24,000 bases of DNA, taken from contig CAXXWQ010000004.1 in assembly GCA_963674945.2 (NCBI GenBank), forward strand, positions 803,806 through 827,805. The letters run 5' to 3'. This DNA is from an uncultured Desulfosarcina sp. (lineage in GTDB: Bacteria > Desulfobacterota > Desulfobacteria > Desulfobacterales > Desulfosarcinaceae). The notes beneath the pieces were generated by a model. The model was not told the DNA's origin, made no database searches, and saw only the letters and a program-made list of their open reading frames with translations. Below, in pieces: positions 7,895 through 14,999 of this stretch; positions within the stretch are counted from its first letter, which is position 1; each line of letters starts with the position of its first letter. The position numbers were made by a program, and so were the translations under genes.

Positions 7895-8942
7895 CTGGGG
7901 TATGCACTTAAATCCAGCACATACTATATGTTGTGGCCCAGGTCATCGTCAATTGGATCGAGATTTAAATTTGCTGCCCCTTCCAAAAACGGTAACGATG
8001 CACCTTTAAGAGTACTAGCTGGGGCAGGGTCCACCATCACGGCCTGTTGGACCAGCCTGTAAAATAGTTTTCCGCGAGACACTGATGTTCTACGGTTGAA
8101 CCTGAATGTGAATTCATCCAAATAGTACATCAAATGAGACGGTCTGACCGCCCCTTGATAAGTACCAAGTAACCATCGTTTCATGAGCGACGCTACCAAA
8201 TGTACAATCTTCAAGTCATGCGATGGAATCGCAATATGCTTAAATCCTTTATCGCCAAGGCTGCTATAGCCGGGCCAATCATCCGTCCTGATGGTGCTGC
8301 CTGGCTGGGCGATTTCTTGTACAAATTGAGTCAGACTATCTCCCGATGCGTCTTCGAGGTGCCAGAGTCTAATTCGCCCAATTCCTTTTCGGCCTTTATC
8401 CTCCACGGCAATACCGACCAAAGCTTTACCTTCAGCACCCCGACCGCGTTTTCCAGACTTTTTCCCACCGACATAGGTTTCATCAACTTCAACAATCCCG
8501 GACAATCGGTCACGTCCTGGACGAACCATTGCTCTTCGAAGTTTATGGAGCCATTGCCAGGCGGTATTATAACTCCCAAGGTTAAGTACTCTCTGAAGCC
8601 CAAGTGCATTAGCTCCGTACTTCTGACCTGTAATGTGCCACATAGCCCGAAACCAAAGAGACAAGGGCTTTCTGGTGCCGTGAAAAATTGTACCGGAAGT
8701 TATCGTAGATTGATTTCCACAATCAGTACAATGAAACTGGGATCGTTTAGTTCTCCACGAGGATGCAGAACCGCAATGAGGGCAACGGAAGCCTTCGGGC
8801 CATCTAAGAGCCATCAAATAGTCAGTGCATCCAGCTTCAGAGCTAAATCGTTTTTCAAATTCTATCAACGTTCTGGGGTAATCTTCCTCCATAGACTGGT
8901 ACACTATATGTTGTGGCCACTGGAGTCAAGTGCATACCCCAG
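7895..8942 (-). mobile_element. IS1595-family insertion sequence, 1048 bp
   Basis: 23-bp IRs are CTGGGGTATGCACTTAAATCCAG (7895-7917) and the reverse complement of 8920-8942, CTGGGGTATGCACTTGACTCCAG, matching 21/23. A perfect 8-bp TSD, TAAAATTT, lies at 7887-7894 and 8943-8950. Confidence 0.9.
7924..8904 (-). CDS. IS1595-family (ISXO2-like) transposase
   Basis: 326 aa. It has an N-terminal zinc ribbon (CPHCGS...CTDCG) and a DDE region (VEVDETYVGG, IRTDDWPGY). The ORF begins at GTG 8904, and an ATG at 8892 is an alternative start. Confidence 0.9.
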   Translation of the reverse strand: MYQSMEEDYPRTLIEFEKRFSSEAGCTDYLMALRWPEGFRCPHCGSASSWRTKRSQFHCTDCGNQSTITSGTIFHGTRKPLSLWFRAMWHITGQKYGANALGLQRVLNLGSYNTAWQWLHKLRRAMVRPGRDRLSGIVEVDETYVGGKKSGKRGRGAEGKALVGIAVEDKGRKGIGRIRLWHLEDASGDSLTQFVQEIAQPGSTIRTDDWPGYSSLGDKGFKHIAIPSHDLKIVHLVASLMKRWLLGTYQGAVRPSHLMYYLDEFTFRFNRRTSVSRGKLFYRLVQQAVMVDPAPASTLKGASLPFLEGAANLNLDPIDDDLGHNI

Positions 8943-8974
8943 TAAAATTTAAAGGTTTTTGAAAGAAGGAGGAT

Positions 8975-9238
8975 CTAAGGAAGGTTTTTACTTGGCTTGA
9001 ACTTCACTACGCTTCGCCCTTTGATTTTAATCTTTTCACCATTCTGGGGATTATGTCCCATGCGTGTTTTCCGATAAACGTTTCTAAAAGTGCCGAATCC
9101 AACTAATGTGACCTTGCTATTCCTTTTCTTTAGTCCTTCTTTTATGCCATCGAGAGCAGAATCAAATGCCGCTTTTGCAGTGGTTTTTGGGATGTCGGCA
9201 TCTTTGGCGATCTTCTCGATGAGTTCAGCTTTGGTCAT
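8975..9238 (-). CDS. HU-family nucleoid-associated DNA-binding protein
   Basis: 87 aa. MTKAELIEKIAKDADIPKTTAKAAFDSALDGIKEGL...VTLVGFGTF...RMGHNPQNGEKIKI is a canonical HU/IHF fold sequence. Confidence 0.85.
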   Translation of the reverse strand: MTKAELIEKIAKDADIPKTTAKAAFDSALDGIKEGLKKRNSKVTLVGFGTFRNVYRKTRMGHNPQNGEKIKIKGRSVVKFKPSKNLP

Positions 9239-9596
9239 GTGGCCTCCTTCTTGGTCTGGGATTATATTTGGCGGTTATCGGATATCCTCGTTTCTGAGGC
9301 AGGAACGCTACTTAACCTAATACAGATTGCCGAATGTCAACGATCTACTCTTTCCTTCAATTCTTTGCCCGCCTTGAAAAAGGGCAGCTTTTTCGGCGCG
9401 ATTTGAACCTGCTCACCCGTTTTGGGGTTGCGTCCAGTATAGGACTTGTATTCTTTCACGAAAATAGAACACAAGCCCCGAATTTCGACGCGATCCCCTT
9501 TGGCCAATGCATCTGATATTGTGTTGAAAAACAAGTTCACAACCGCCTCAGCCTCTGTTTTGGATAGGCCATTGGCGTCCCTCAGGGCTTGGATTA

Positions 9597-10529
9597 CAAG
9601 CCATCTCAAAAAAAGTAGTATTTCGCCGATGATAAATCGCAACGTAACCGGCTGAAGTTATATGAAATACGGATGACAGCCTGTAAGTGTTTGAAAAAAT
9701 TGAAAATAAATCTAGACATAACATCCTGAATATGCAATATAATCAGGATGGAACTCACAAAAGAACAATGGAAGCGGATAGAGCCTATTATAGAAGCGTC
9801 AACCCCATCCAAAGATCCCAGAGGACGACCGGCAAGGAATCCACGCGATGTTCTCAATGGGATTTTGTGGATCATGCGAACGGGTGCACCCTGGAAAGAT
9901 TTGCCCCAGCGGTACCCGCCGTACCAGACATGCCATCGGCGGTTCCAGCAATGGGTTCGGCAAGGGGTGTTCCGACGCATTGCCATTGAGCTGGTCGAAG
10001 ACCTCAATGAACGCGGCAAGATCGATATTCGAGAGGCGTTTATAGATGGCAGCTTCGCTCCGGCAAAAAAAGGGGTCTTGCTGTCGGCAAGACAAAGCGT
10101 GGCAAAGGCACCAAGATCATGGCAATCGCAGACGCTGCTGGTCTTCCTGTCGCCGCTCACGTGGAAAGCGCTTCGCCCCACGAGGTAAAGCTTGTTGAGG
10201 ATACCATAGACGCCAGTTTTACCGAGTATGCACCCGACAAGTTGGTTGGCGACAAGGCCTACGACAGCGATAAACTTGATGACCAACTCCTTGACGATCG
10301 TGGTGTTGAAATGATCGCCCCGCATCGTAAAGGCCGGAAAAAGCCAAAAACCCAAGACGGCAGGAAACTGAGGCGTTATCGACGCAGATGGAAGGTAGAA
10401 CGCCTGTTTGCATGGCTTCAGAACTTCAGGAGGTTGATTGTACGCTACGAATACCATGTAGAGAATTTCCTGGCTATGGTCCAACTTGGTTGTATCAAAA
10501 TACTACTTCGTTTTTTTTGAGATGGCTTG
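9597..10529 (+). mobile_element. IS5-family (IS427/IS1031-like) insertion sequence, ~933 bp
   Basis: The IRs are CAAGCCATCTCAAAAAAA...GTAGTATT at 9597 and its reverse complement ending at 10529. The first 18 nt are identical. TA is duplicated at 9595-9596 and 10530-10531. Confidence 0.85.
9748..10520 (+). CDS. IS5-family transposase OrfA/OrfAB (orfA 9748..10188; orfB frame to 10520, reached by a -1 frameshift)
   Basis: A slippery run of seven A's followed by G lies at 10065-10072. The -1 reading gives ..[33 protein letters not shown].., joining the HTH part to the DDE part ([18 protein letters not shown]). Confidence 0.85.
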
Positions 10530-10712
10530 TAGTTCAATTTTGTTCATGTGTTCGGCAATCCTGTTAACTCTAAGTGTTGGTACGATAGGGTGGGAATTGG
10601 CAAAAGGGTATACTTTGTATATATATTCTGTCAATGATTAAAATATGTTATCAATTGTCGTGAAGCCTGTTTCAGGACTCATACATACTTCTTTAGAGAA
10701 GTAAATTTTTAC

Positions 10713-10741
10713 TTGACGTTCCATGTTTGATTTCATAAAAT
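10713..10741 (+). promoter_or_regulatory. putative sigma70-like promoter ~360 nt upstream of ssb
   Basis: TTGACG (10713-10718), a 17-nt spacer, then TAAAAT (10736-10741). Confidence 0.4.
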
Positions 10742-11102
10742 ATGTACAATTATCTGCTCAATGAATTCCCCATTCATTGTTCCCTCCGCCACTGAGCGGA
10801 CTTCGGGATGACAGGTTATCACCTGAACAATCCTTTTTTCAGATCCAATCATTTCTTCAATGGATCGGTGTTTATCGATCAGCCGCCACTCTCAAAACGG
10901 TTTTAGCCAAACCTTGAGAAGAGGCATTTCTGCAGCGGCCAAGCCAAACAGCAGAATTGTCAATCGGCAGCAGTGTCACATCCACACACACAAATAATTA
11001 AAATATTCCATTAAAACATTCATTAACAAAGGGACCAAGGCACTTTTGCGCAATTTGGCGCCACAAGTGTTTTGTTTCCCACCAAAAGGAAAGGAGCATT
11101 TC

Positions 11103-11807
11103 ATGAACAAGTCAATCATCATCGGAAGACTGGGAAAAGAGGCCAAGTTTTTTAAAAATGGCGAGCATACCGCTTGCCGATTTCCATTGGCGGTGAAGGA
11201 GACATGGAAAAACAAAAACAATGAACTGCAAGAGCGGACCGAGTGGGTGAATGTAGCTGCCATAGGCAGTGATGCCGATCAAATGAAAGGCGTCTCCAAG
11301 GGTGCGCTCGTGTTTGTTCAGGGAACCACCAACACAGGTACCTACACAAAGGAAGATGAAACCCATTACTATTTCGAGATCCGGGCCAGAAGGCTTCGGA
11401 TTCTATCGGAAAAAGGTGAGCAAACATTCAAAGATCTGGACCAGAATGAAGTCGCTTTGGTCGGTCGTCTCGGACAAAATCCGCTGACACCCAAGGAAGG
11501 GATCACTCATTTCTCCATCGCATGCAATGATTATCGCAACGGTCAAGAAACAACCCAATGGATCAGCATTGCTACATTCAACGGTTTGTCCGACAGCGCG
11601 GCCAAAATTTTAAGCAAGGGCCGGATGGTCTACGTGGAAGGGAAAATACGGACGAGAAAATACGACAAGGATGGGCAAACTCGTTACGCCACCGGTATTA
11701 TCGCAAACAGGTGGCGAGCACTGGATGCCAATCCAAGAAAGCAAGAGGCGAAAGAATATCATGATTCCGCACCCCATGATTATGCGGATAGCGATATTCC
11801 GTTTTAA
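11103..11807 (+). CDS. ssb: single-stranded DNA-binding protein with two tandem OB folds
   Basis: The ATG at 11103 is preceded by AAGGAAAGGAG. Residues 1-105 (MNKSIIIGRLGKEAKF...ERTEWVNV...) and ~118-215 (VALVGRLGQNPL...TQWISIATF...GRMVYVEGKIRTRKYDKDGQTRYAT) each look like a complete SSB OB domain. The acidic tail ends DSDIPF. Confidence 0.85.
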   Translation: MNKSIIIGRLGKEAKFFKNGEHTACRFPLAVKETWKNKNNELQERTEWVNVAAIGSDADQMKGVSKGALVFVQGTTNTGTYTKEDETHYYFEIRARRLRILSEKGEQTFKDLDQNEVALVGRLGQNPLTPKEGITHFSIACNDYRNGQETTQWISIATFNGLSDSAAKILSKGRMVYVEGKIRTRKYDKDGQTRYATGIIANRWRALDANPRKQEAKEYHDSAPHDYADSDIPF

Positions 11808-11813
11808 ACCAAG

Positions 11814-11853
11814 CCCCTGGACTCTAAGTTTAATGACCTCTTAGATCCAGGGG
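11814..11853 (+). terminator. hairpin after ssb (weak terminator or leader hairpin)
   Basis: CCCCTGGA-C-TCTAAG (11814-11828) pairs with CTTAGA-TCCAGGGG (11840-11853). It is followed only by a short TTT. Confidence 0.4.
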
Positions 11854-11876
11854 TTTAACCGACTACGAGGATATCG

Positions 11877-12656
11877 ATGGAAAAAATATTTCAAAAGCTC
11901 GAGAGGTATTTTGGCCCATGGAAAATCGGTGTCTTGAATCCGGACAGAGGACTATGGTCGCTTTCACCATCTATGAACAAAATTGGATACCTGAAGGCAA
12001 TGAACGCCAGCGGCTATCACATCTTCATGAAACCTTTGAATGAACGGTACTACCTGCTTTTAGACGATATCCCGGAGACAAAGCTGAAACACCAAAAAGA
12101 GCCAAAAGGATTCAAACCCGGACGACTGGTGGTTGAAACCAGCCCCGGGAATTTCCAGGTATGGATCAAAGCCGGACGGAGTATGAGCAATCCGGAGAAA
12201 AGATACTGGATCCGATATTTCGGTGCAGATCGAGCCTGTGATCCCAATTTGCGTTGGGGCCGCTGTCCGGGATTCCGGAATTGTAAGGAAAAATATCGAG
12301 AAAAAGGACGATTTCCCCTTGCTCGGCTCATCTGGGTGGATTGGCAAAATGTTGCTCGTATTCCGAGTGTGTCTTTACCGGAGGAATCAGCCGACCGTAA
12401 AATCCCAGATGGAAAAGAAATACGGCGCACTCATACCAGCGAAGCCATTTTTCGCACAGACTATGAACGAGGGGATGAGTCGGCAACCGATTTTGCCTAT
12501 ACGCTGGCATTGCTACGGAGAGGCACTGACCCGAAAGTGATCGCCGATAGACTATTGGAAGAAAGAAAAGATTGGACCCACCACAATGGGCCAAGGCGCC
12601 AGGCCGATTACCTTGATCGGACGATCAGGCGCGCCGCCGAAATTATCAATCAATAG
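11877..12656 (+). CDS. RepB-type DNA primase-like protein
   Basis: 259 aa. The acidic pair in YYLLLDDIP, VVETSPGNFQVWIK, and the C-terminal DESATDFAYTLALLRRG helix bundle resemble the RSF1010 RepB'-type primase catalytic and helical domains, as far as I recall that family. Confidence 0.55.
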   Translation: MEKIFQKLERYFGPWKIGVLNPDRGLWSLSPSMNKIGYLKAMNASGYHIFMKPLNERYYLLLDDIPETKLKHQKEPKGFKPGRLVVETSPGNFQVWIKAGRSMSNPEKRYWIRYFGADRACDPNLRWGRCPGFRNCKEKYREKGRFPLARLIWVDWQNVARIPSVSLPEESADRKIPDGKEIRRTHTSEAIFRTDYERGDESATDFAYTLALLRRGTDPKVIADRLLEERKDWTHHNGPRRQADYLDRTIRRAAEIINQ

Positions 12657-12682
12657 AAGATATCAATCCATTTTTTAACAAA

Positions 12683-12771
12683 CCCCGGATCCGGGGCACC
12701 GCAATGGTTCCCCGATATGGTGGGTTTCTCTCTTTGGAGGGACCATTGCGGTTTTATCCAAAGGGAGGCAA
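12683..12771 (+). promoter_or_regulatory. structured 5' leader, copy 1 (upstream of DUF932 gene)
   Basis: P1 is CCCCGG/CCGGGG (12683-12696). P2 is an 11-bp perfect stem, 12698-12708 with 12742-12752. The pyrimidine tract 12727-12734 can pair either with GAGGG (12737-12741) or with the SD AAGGGAGG (12761-12768). Confidence 0.55.
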
Positions 12772-13575
12772 ATGATGAAATCACAAAACATCCCCCTCAC
12801 CAATGATCAGATCGTCAAATTGGCGCCGTCTGCAGGGGCAATATCCCCACATGAAATGGTTTCGAACCGATATAGTTTTGTGCCAACCATCGAGGCCGTT
12901 GATTTGTTGAGATCGGCCGGATGGGAACCCGTTCATGTGAAGCAGTCCGGAACGAGGAAAAAGGACCGCAATGGCTATCAAAAACATATCATCCGTTTCA
13001 TGCAGGGCGCCCTGTCAACCGACCAGGAACGCGTCGATCTGGTGATGACTAACTCCCATGACCGAGGCTGCGCCTTTCTGCTTTCCGCATCTATCTGGCG
13101 CAAAATATGCGGCAATGGTCTGATGGTGTCCTCAGAACTGTATAATTTTTCACACAGGCATGTAGGTTTTGAGAGAAATGTTTTCCTGGATTCTGCCTAT
13201 CGGATAGCCGAAGGCGCCGGAGATATCGCCGCACAAGTGCAAAATTTAAAGGTAATCGACCTTACCCCCAATGAAAAAGGCGTATTTGCCATGGCTGCGC
13301 ACAAATTGGTCTATGACGATGTCGAAAAGGCACCGATCTTGCCAGCACAACTACTGAAGGAGCGTCGCTACGACGACAACGGCAATGACCTGTGGTCGAC
13401 ATTCAATGTGGTTCAGGAGAACATCATGAAGGGGGGTATATATGGAAGAAAACGAAGTGCAAATGGCCATATTCGTCATGTCAAAACCCGTCCCGTGAAA
13501 TCCATCGATCGAGACATCAAACTCAACAAGGCATTGTGGGTCCTGACTGAGGAGATGGCCAAATTAAAATGCTGA
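12772..13575 (+). CDS. DUF932 domain protein (typical of conjugative-element and prophage antirestriction regions)
   Basis: 267 aa. YSFVPTIEAVDLLRSAGWEPV, YQKHIIRF, LVMTNSHDRGCAF, CGNGLMV and RPVKSIDRDIKLNKALW follow the DUF932 pattern. The second ATG (12775) has better SD spacing. Confidence 0.85.
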   Translation: MMKSQNIPLTNDQIVKLAPSAGAISPHEMVSNRYSFVPTIEAVDLLRSAGWEPVHVKQSGTRKKDRNGYQKHIIRFMQGALSTDQERVDLVMTNSHDRGCAFLLSASIWRKICGNGLMVSSELYNFSHRHVGFERNVFLDSAYRIAEGAGDIAAQVQNLKVIDLTPNEKGVFAMAAHKLVYDDVEKAPILPAQLLKERRYDDNGNDLWSTFNVVQENIMKGGIYGRKRSANGHIRHVKTRPVKSIDRDIKLNKALWVLTEEMAKLKC

Positions 13576-13635
13576 AGGAGTAAACAGGTAACGCTATACG
13601 GTTCTTCAAAGAATGCGTTAAATCAAACAAAAAAT

Positions 13636-13720
13636 CCCCCGAACCGGGGAACCGTAAAGGTTTCCCGATGGGGATGTCCTCCCTTTTCTTGGGAGCCTTT
13701 GCGGCTGACAATAGGGAGGG
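13636..13720 (+). promoter_or_regulatory. structured 5' leader, copy 2 (upstream of radC-like gene)
   Basis: P1 is CCCCG/CGGGG (13637-13649). The P2 stem pairs 13652-13661 with 13695-13704. The anti-SD CCTCCCT (13678-13684) is perfectly complementary to the SD AGGGAGG (13713-13719). An alternative hairpin pairs CTCCC (13679-13683) with GGGAG (13691-13695). Confidence 0.55.
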
Positions 13721-14263
13721 ATGAAAGTGAACAAAAAAGAATATCGTTTTTATGCTTATAAGCTGCATATGGTCAAGGAACAAGAAATCCATTTGTGCAG
13801 CGGCCAAACAATCCACAGCAGTTTTTCAGGTTCCAAATTAATCAAAAAAGTGATCCGCCAACTCGGTCAGACAGATCGAGAAAACTTCGTAGTGCTGATG
13901 CTGAACGCGAAATTTAAACCCATCGGCACGAACCTTGTGTCCATCGGAACTCTTACCCGGAGTATCGTACAGCCCAGGGAGATCATCAAAGCGGCATTGA
14001 ACATGCCCTGCAAGGCCTTGATCCTTGGACACAATCACCCATCGGGAGATCCCTCGCCTTCCATGGAGGACAAGCTGATCACACTCATGGTAATGGCGTC
14101 CGCGCATCTGTTCGATCTGGAGATTCTGGATCACATTATCGTGGACATGGATTCTGATGCCTACCTTTCTTTTGCGGACGAAAAGATCATTGAGGATACG
14201 AAACACAAAGTGTCTTCCGTATTGGATCAATTTTATAAAATGGAAAGCAGAATACGACTATGA
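13721..14263 (+). CDS. radC: RadC-like JAB/JAMM domain protein (short, mobile-element type)
   Basis: 180 aa. LILGHNHPSGDPSPSMEDKLIT is the JAMM H-x-H-P-S-G motif context of RadC-like proteins, and there is no N-terminal HhH domain. GTG at 13727 is an alternative start with better SD spacing. Confidence 0.85.
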   Translation: MKVNKKEYRFYAYKLHMVKEQEIHLCSGQTIHSSFSGSKLIKKVIRQLGQTDRENFVVLMLNAKFKPIGTNLVSIGTLTRSIVQPREIIKAALNMPCKALILGHNHPSGDPSPSMEDKLITLMVMASAHLFDLEILDHIIVDMDSDAYLSFADEKIIEDTKHKVSSVLDQFYKMESRIRL

Positions 14264-14277
14264 AATAAGGTGACATC

Positions 14278-14631
14278 ATGACCGATATTATAAGGAAGCA
14301 TTCCCAAAATCCTTATGCACATGTAGTGGAATGGATCGATCGGCATGAAGGAACCGGCTCGGCCAATGGACTGGCGAAACTGATTCTCTCTTTATGGTCT
14401 GAAGATGCCGCTTTTAGCCTACGTGAATGCATCTCTTCATTCGACGATACACGTTTGGCATGGGCCGAAGAAATGACCTCGCACTTTTTGCGTTATCGTT
14501 CGGATCGTTTCTTGGATGATGCTGCAAAAAAAGTGGCTTTCAAATGCCCTCATATCATTGAAAAGGGGCTTGCCGGAAGCCATGCCAAATGTGATTGGGA
14601 ACGCGCTAAAATCGTTATAGAGAAAAGCTGA
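14278..14631 (+). CDS. hypothetical protein (117 aa)
   Basis: The ORF starts 14 nt after radC-like with a GGTGA RBS-like sequence and is followed by a strong terminator. I recognise no motif. Confidence 0.55.
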   Translation: MTDIIRKHSQNPYAHVVEWIDRHEGTGSANGLAKLILSLWSEDAAFSLRECISSFDDTRLAWAEEMTSHFLRYRSDRFLDDAAKKVAFKCPHIIEKGLAGSHAKCDWERAKIVIEKS

Positions 14632-14632
14632 T

Positions 14633-14697
14633 CAATCAAATGATCCGACCGTCTGTTTTTGAAATAAAAAAAACAGACGGTCGGAAATCATGATTGA
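14633..14697. terminator. long perfect hairpin, bidirectional terminator-like
   Basis: TCCGACCGTCTGTTTTT (14644-14660) pairs with AAAAACAGACGGTCGGA (14669-14685). The outer arms TCAATCAAATGA and TCATGATTGA extend the stem. A/T runs lie on both sides of the loop. Confidence 0.7.
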
Positions 14698-14842
14698 TGA
14701 TGAAATATCTCAATGCCAATAACCATTTGTAATATCATATACAAATTCACGGATTCCCTTATTATTCTCCTTTATTTTGTAAGCCGAAAAAAACAAATTG
14801 TCGACTGATGACTATTTTTTTCGGCACACGAGAAGGGCAATA

Positions 14843-14999
14843 GGGAAAAAATCGCATTTGCCAATATCCCATTCTTTGTAACCGCTGGTAATTACATCAG
14901 CGTCAATAATAAAGCGATTATCCTTACCCTGAACCTGTTTCTCAGGGCGTCGTCTATGGCGATGCGGGGTAAAATCGCATTAACCAATCTTTGTTATTA
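14843..14999 (+). repeat. two ~30-bp imperfect direct repeats upstream of the integrase-like gene
   Basis: The two copies are GGGAAAAAATCGCATTTGCCAAT..CTTTGTAA (14843-14881) and GGGGTAAAATCGCATTAACCAATCTTTGTTA (14966-14997). An inverted AATCGC half-site lies at 14914-14919, and the hairpin CCCTGA..TCAGGG lies at 14927-14947. Confidence 0.5.

Larger units (their letters stand above)
9337..10547 (-). pseudogene. IHF/HU-family gene interrupted after codon 6 by an IS (segments 10530-10547 and 9337-9596)
   Basis: Removing 9597-10529 plus one TA copy restores ATGAACAAAATTGAACTAATCCAAGCCCTG, which encodes MNKIELIQALRDANGLSKTEAEAVVNLFFNTISDALAKGDRVEIRG..., a full IHF-like protein. The listed ORF 9337..9642 reads out into the IS inverted repeat. 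Confidence 0.8.

Noticed and set aside
8200-8952. 250-aa plus-strand ORF
   Set aside because: It is antisense to the well-supported IS1595 transposase and runs out through the IS inverted repeat. No recognisable domain.
9606-10484. 292-aa minus-strand ORF
   Set aside because: It lies entirely antisense to the IS427-type transposase, whose frames carry clear family motifs and a frameshift site. Its sequence has no motif content and is Ser/Arg/Cys-rich, as expected of an antisense artefact.
10976-11427. Minus-strand ORFs (84-95 aa) overlapping the ssb start region
   Set aside because: They are antisense to ssb and its leader, with no RBS or motif.
12050-12594. Several 88-126-aa ORFs overlapping the primase-like gene on both strands
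   Set aside because: They are alternative-frame or antisense ORFs without motifs. The 259-aa frame carries the primase-like signatures and fits the operon spacing.
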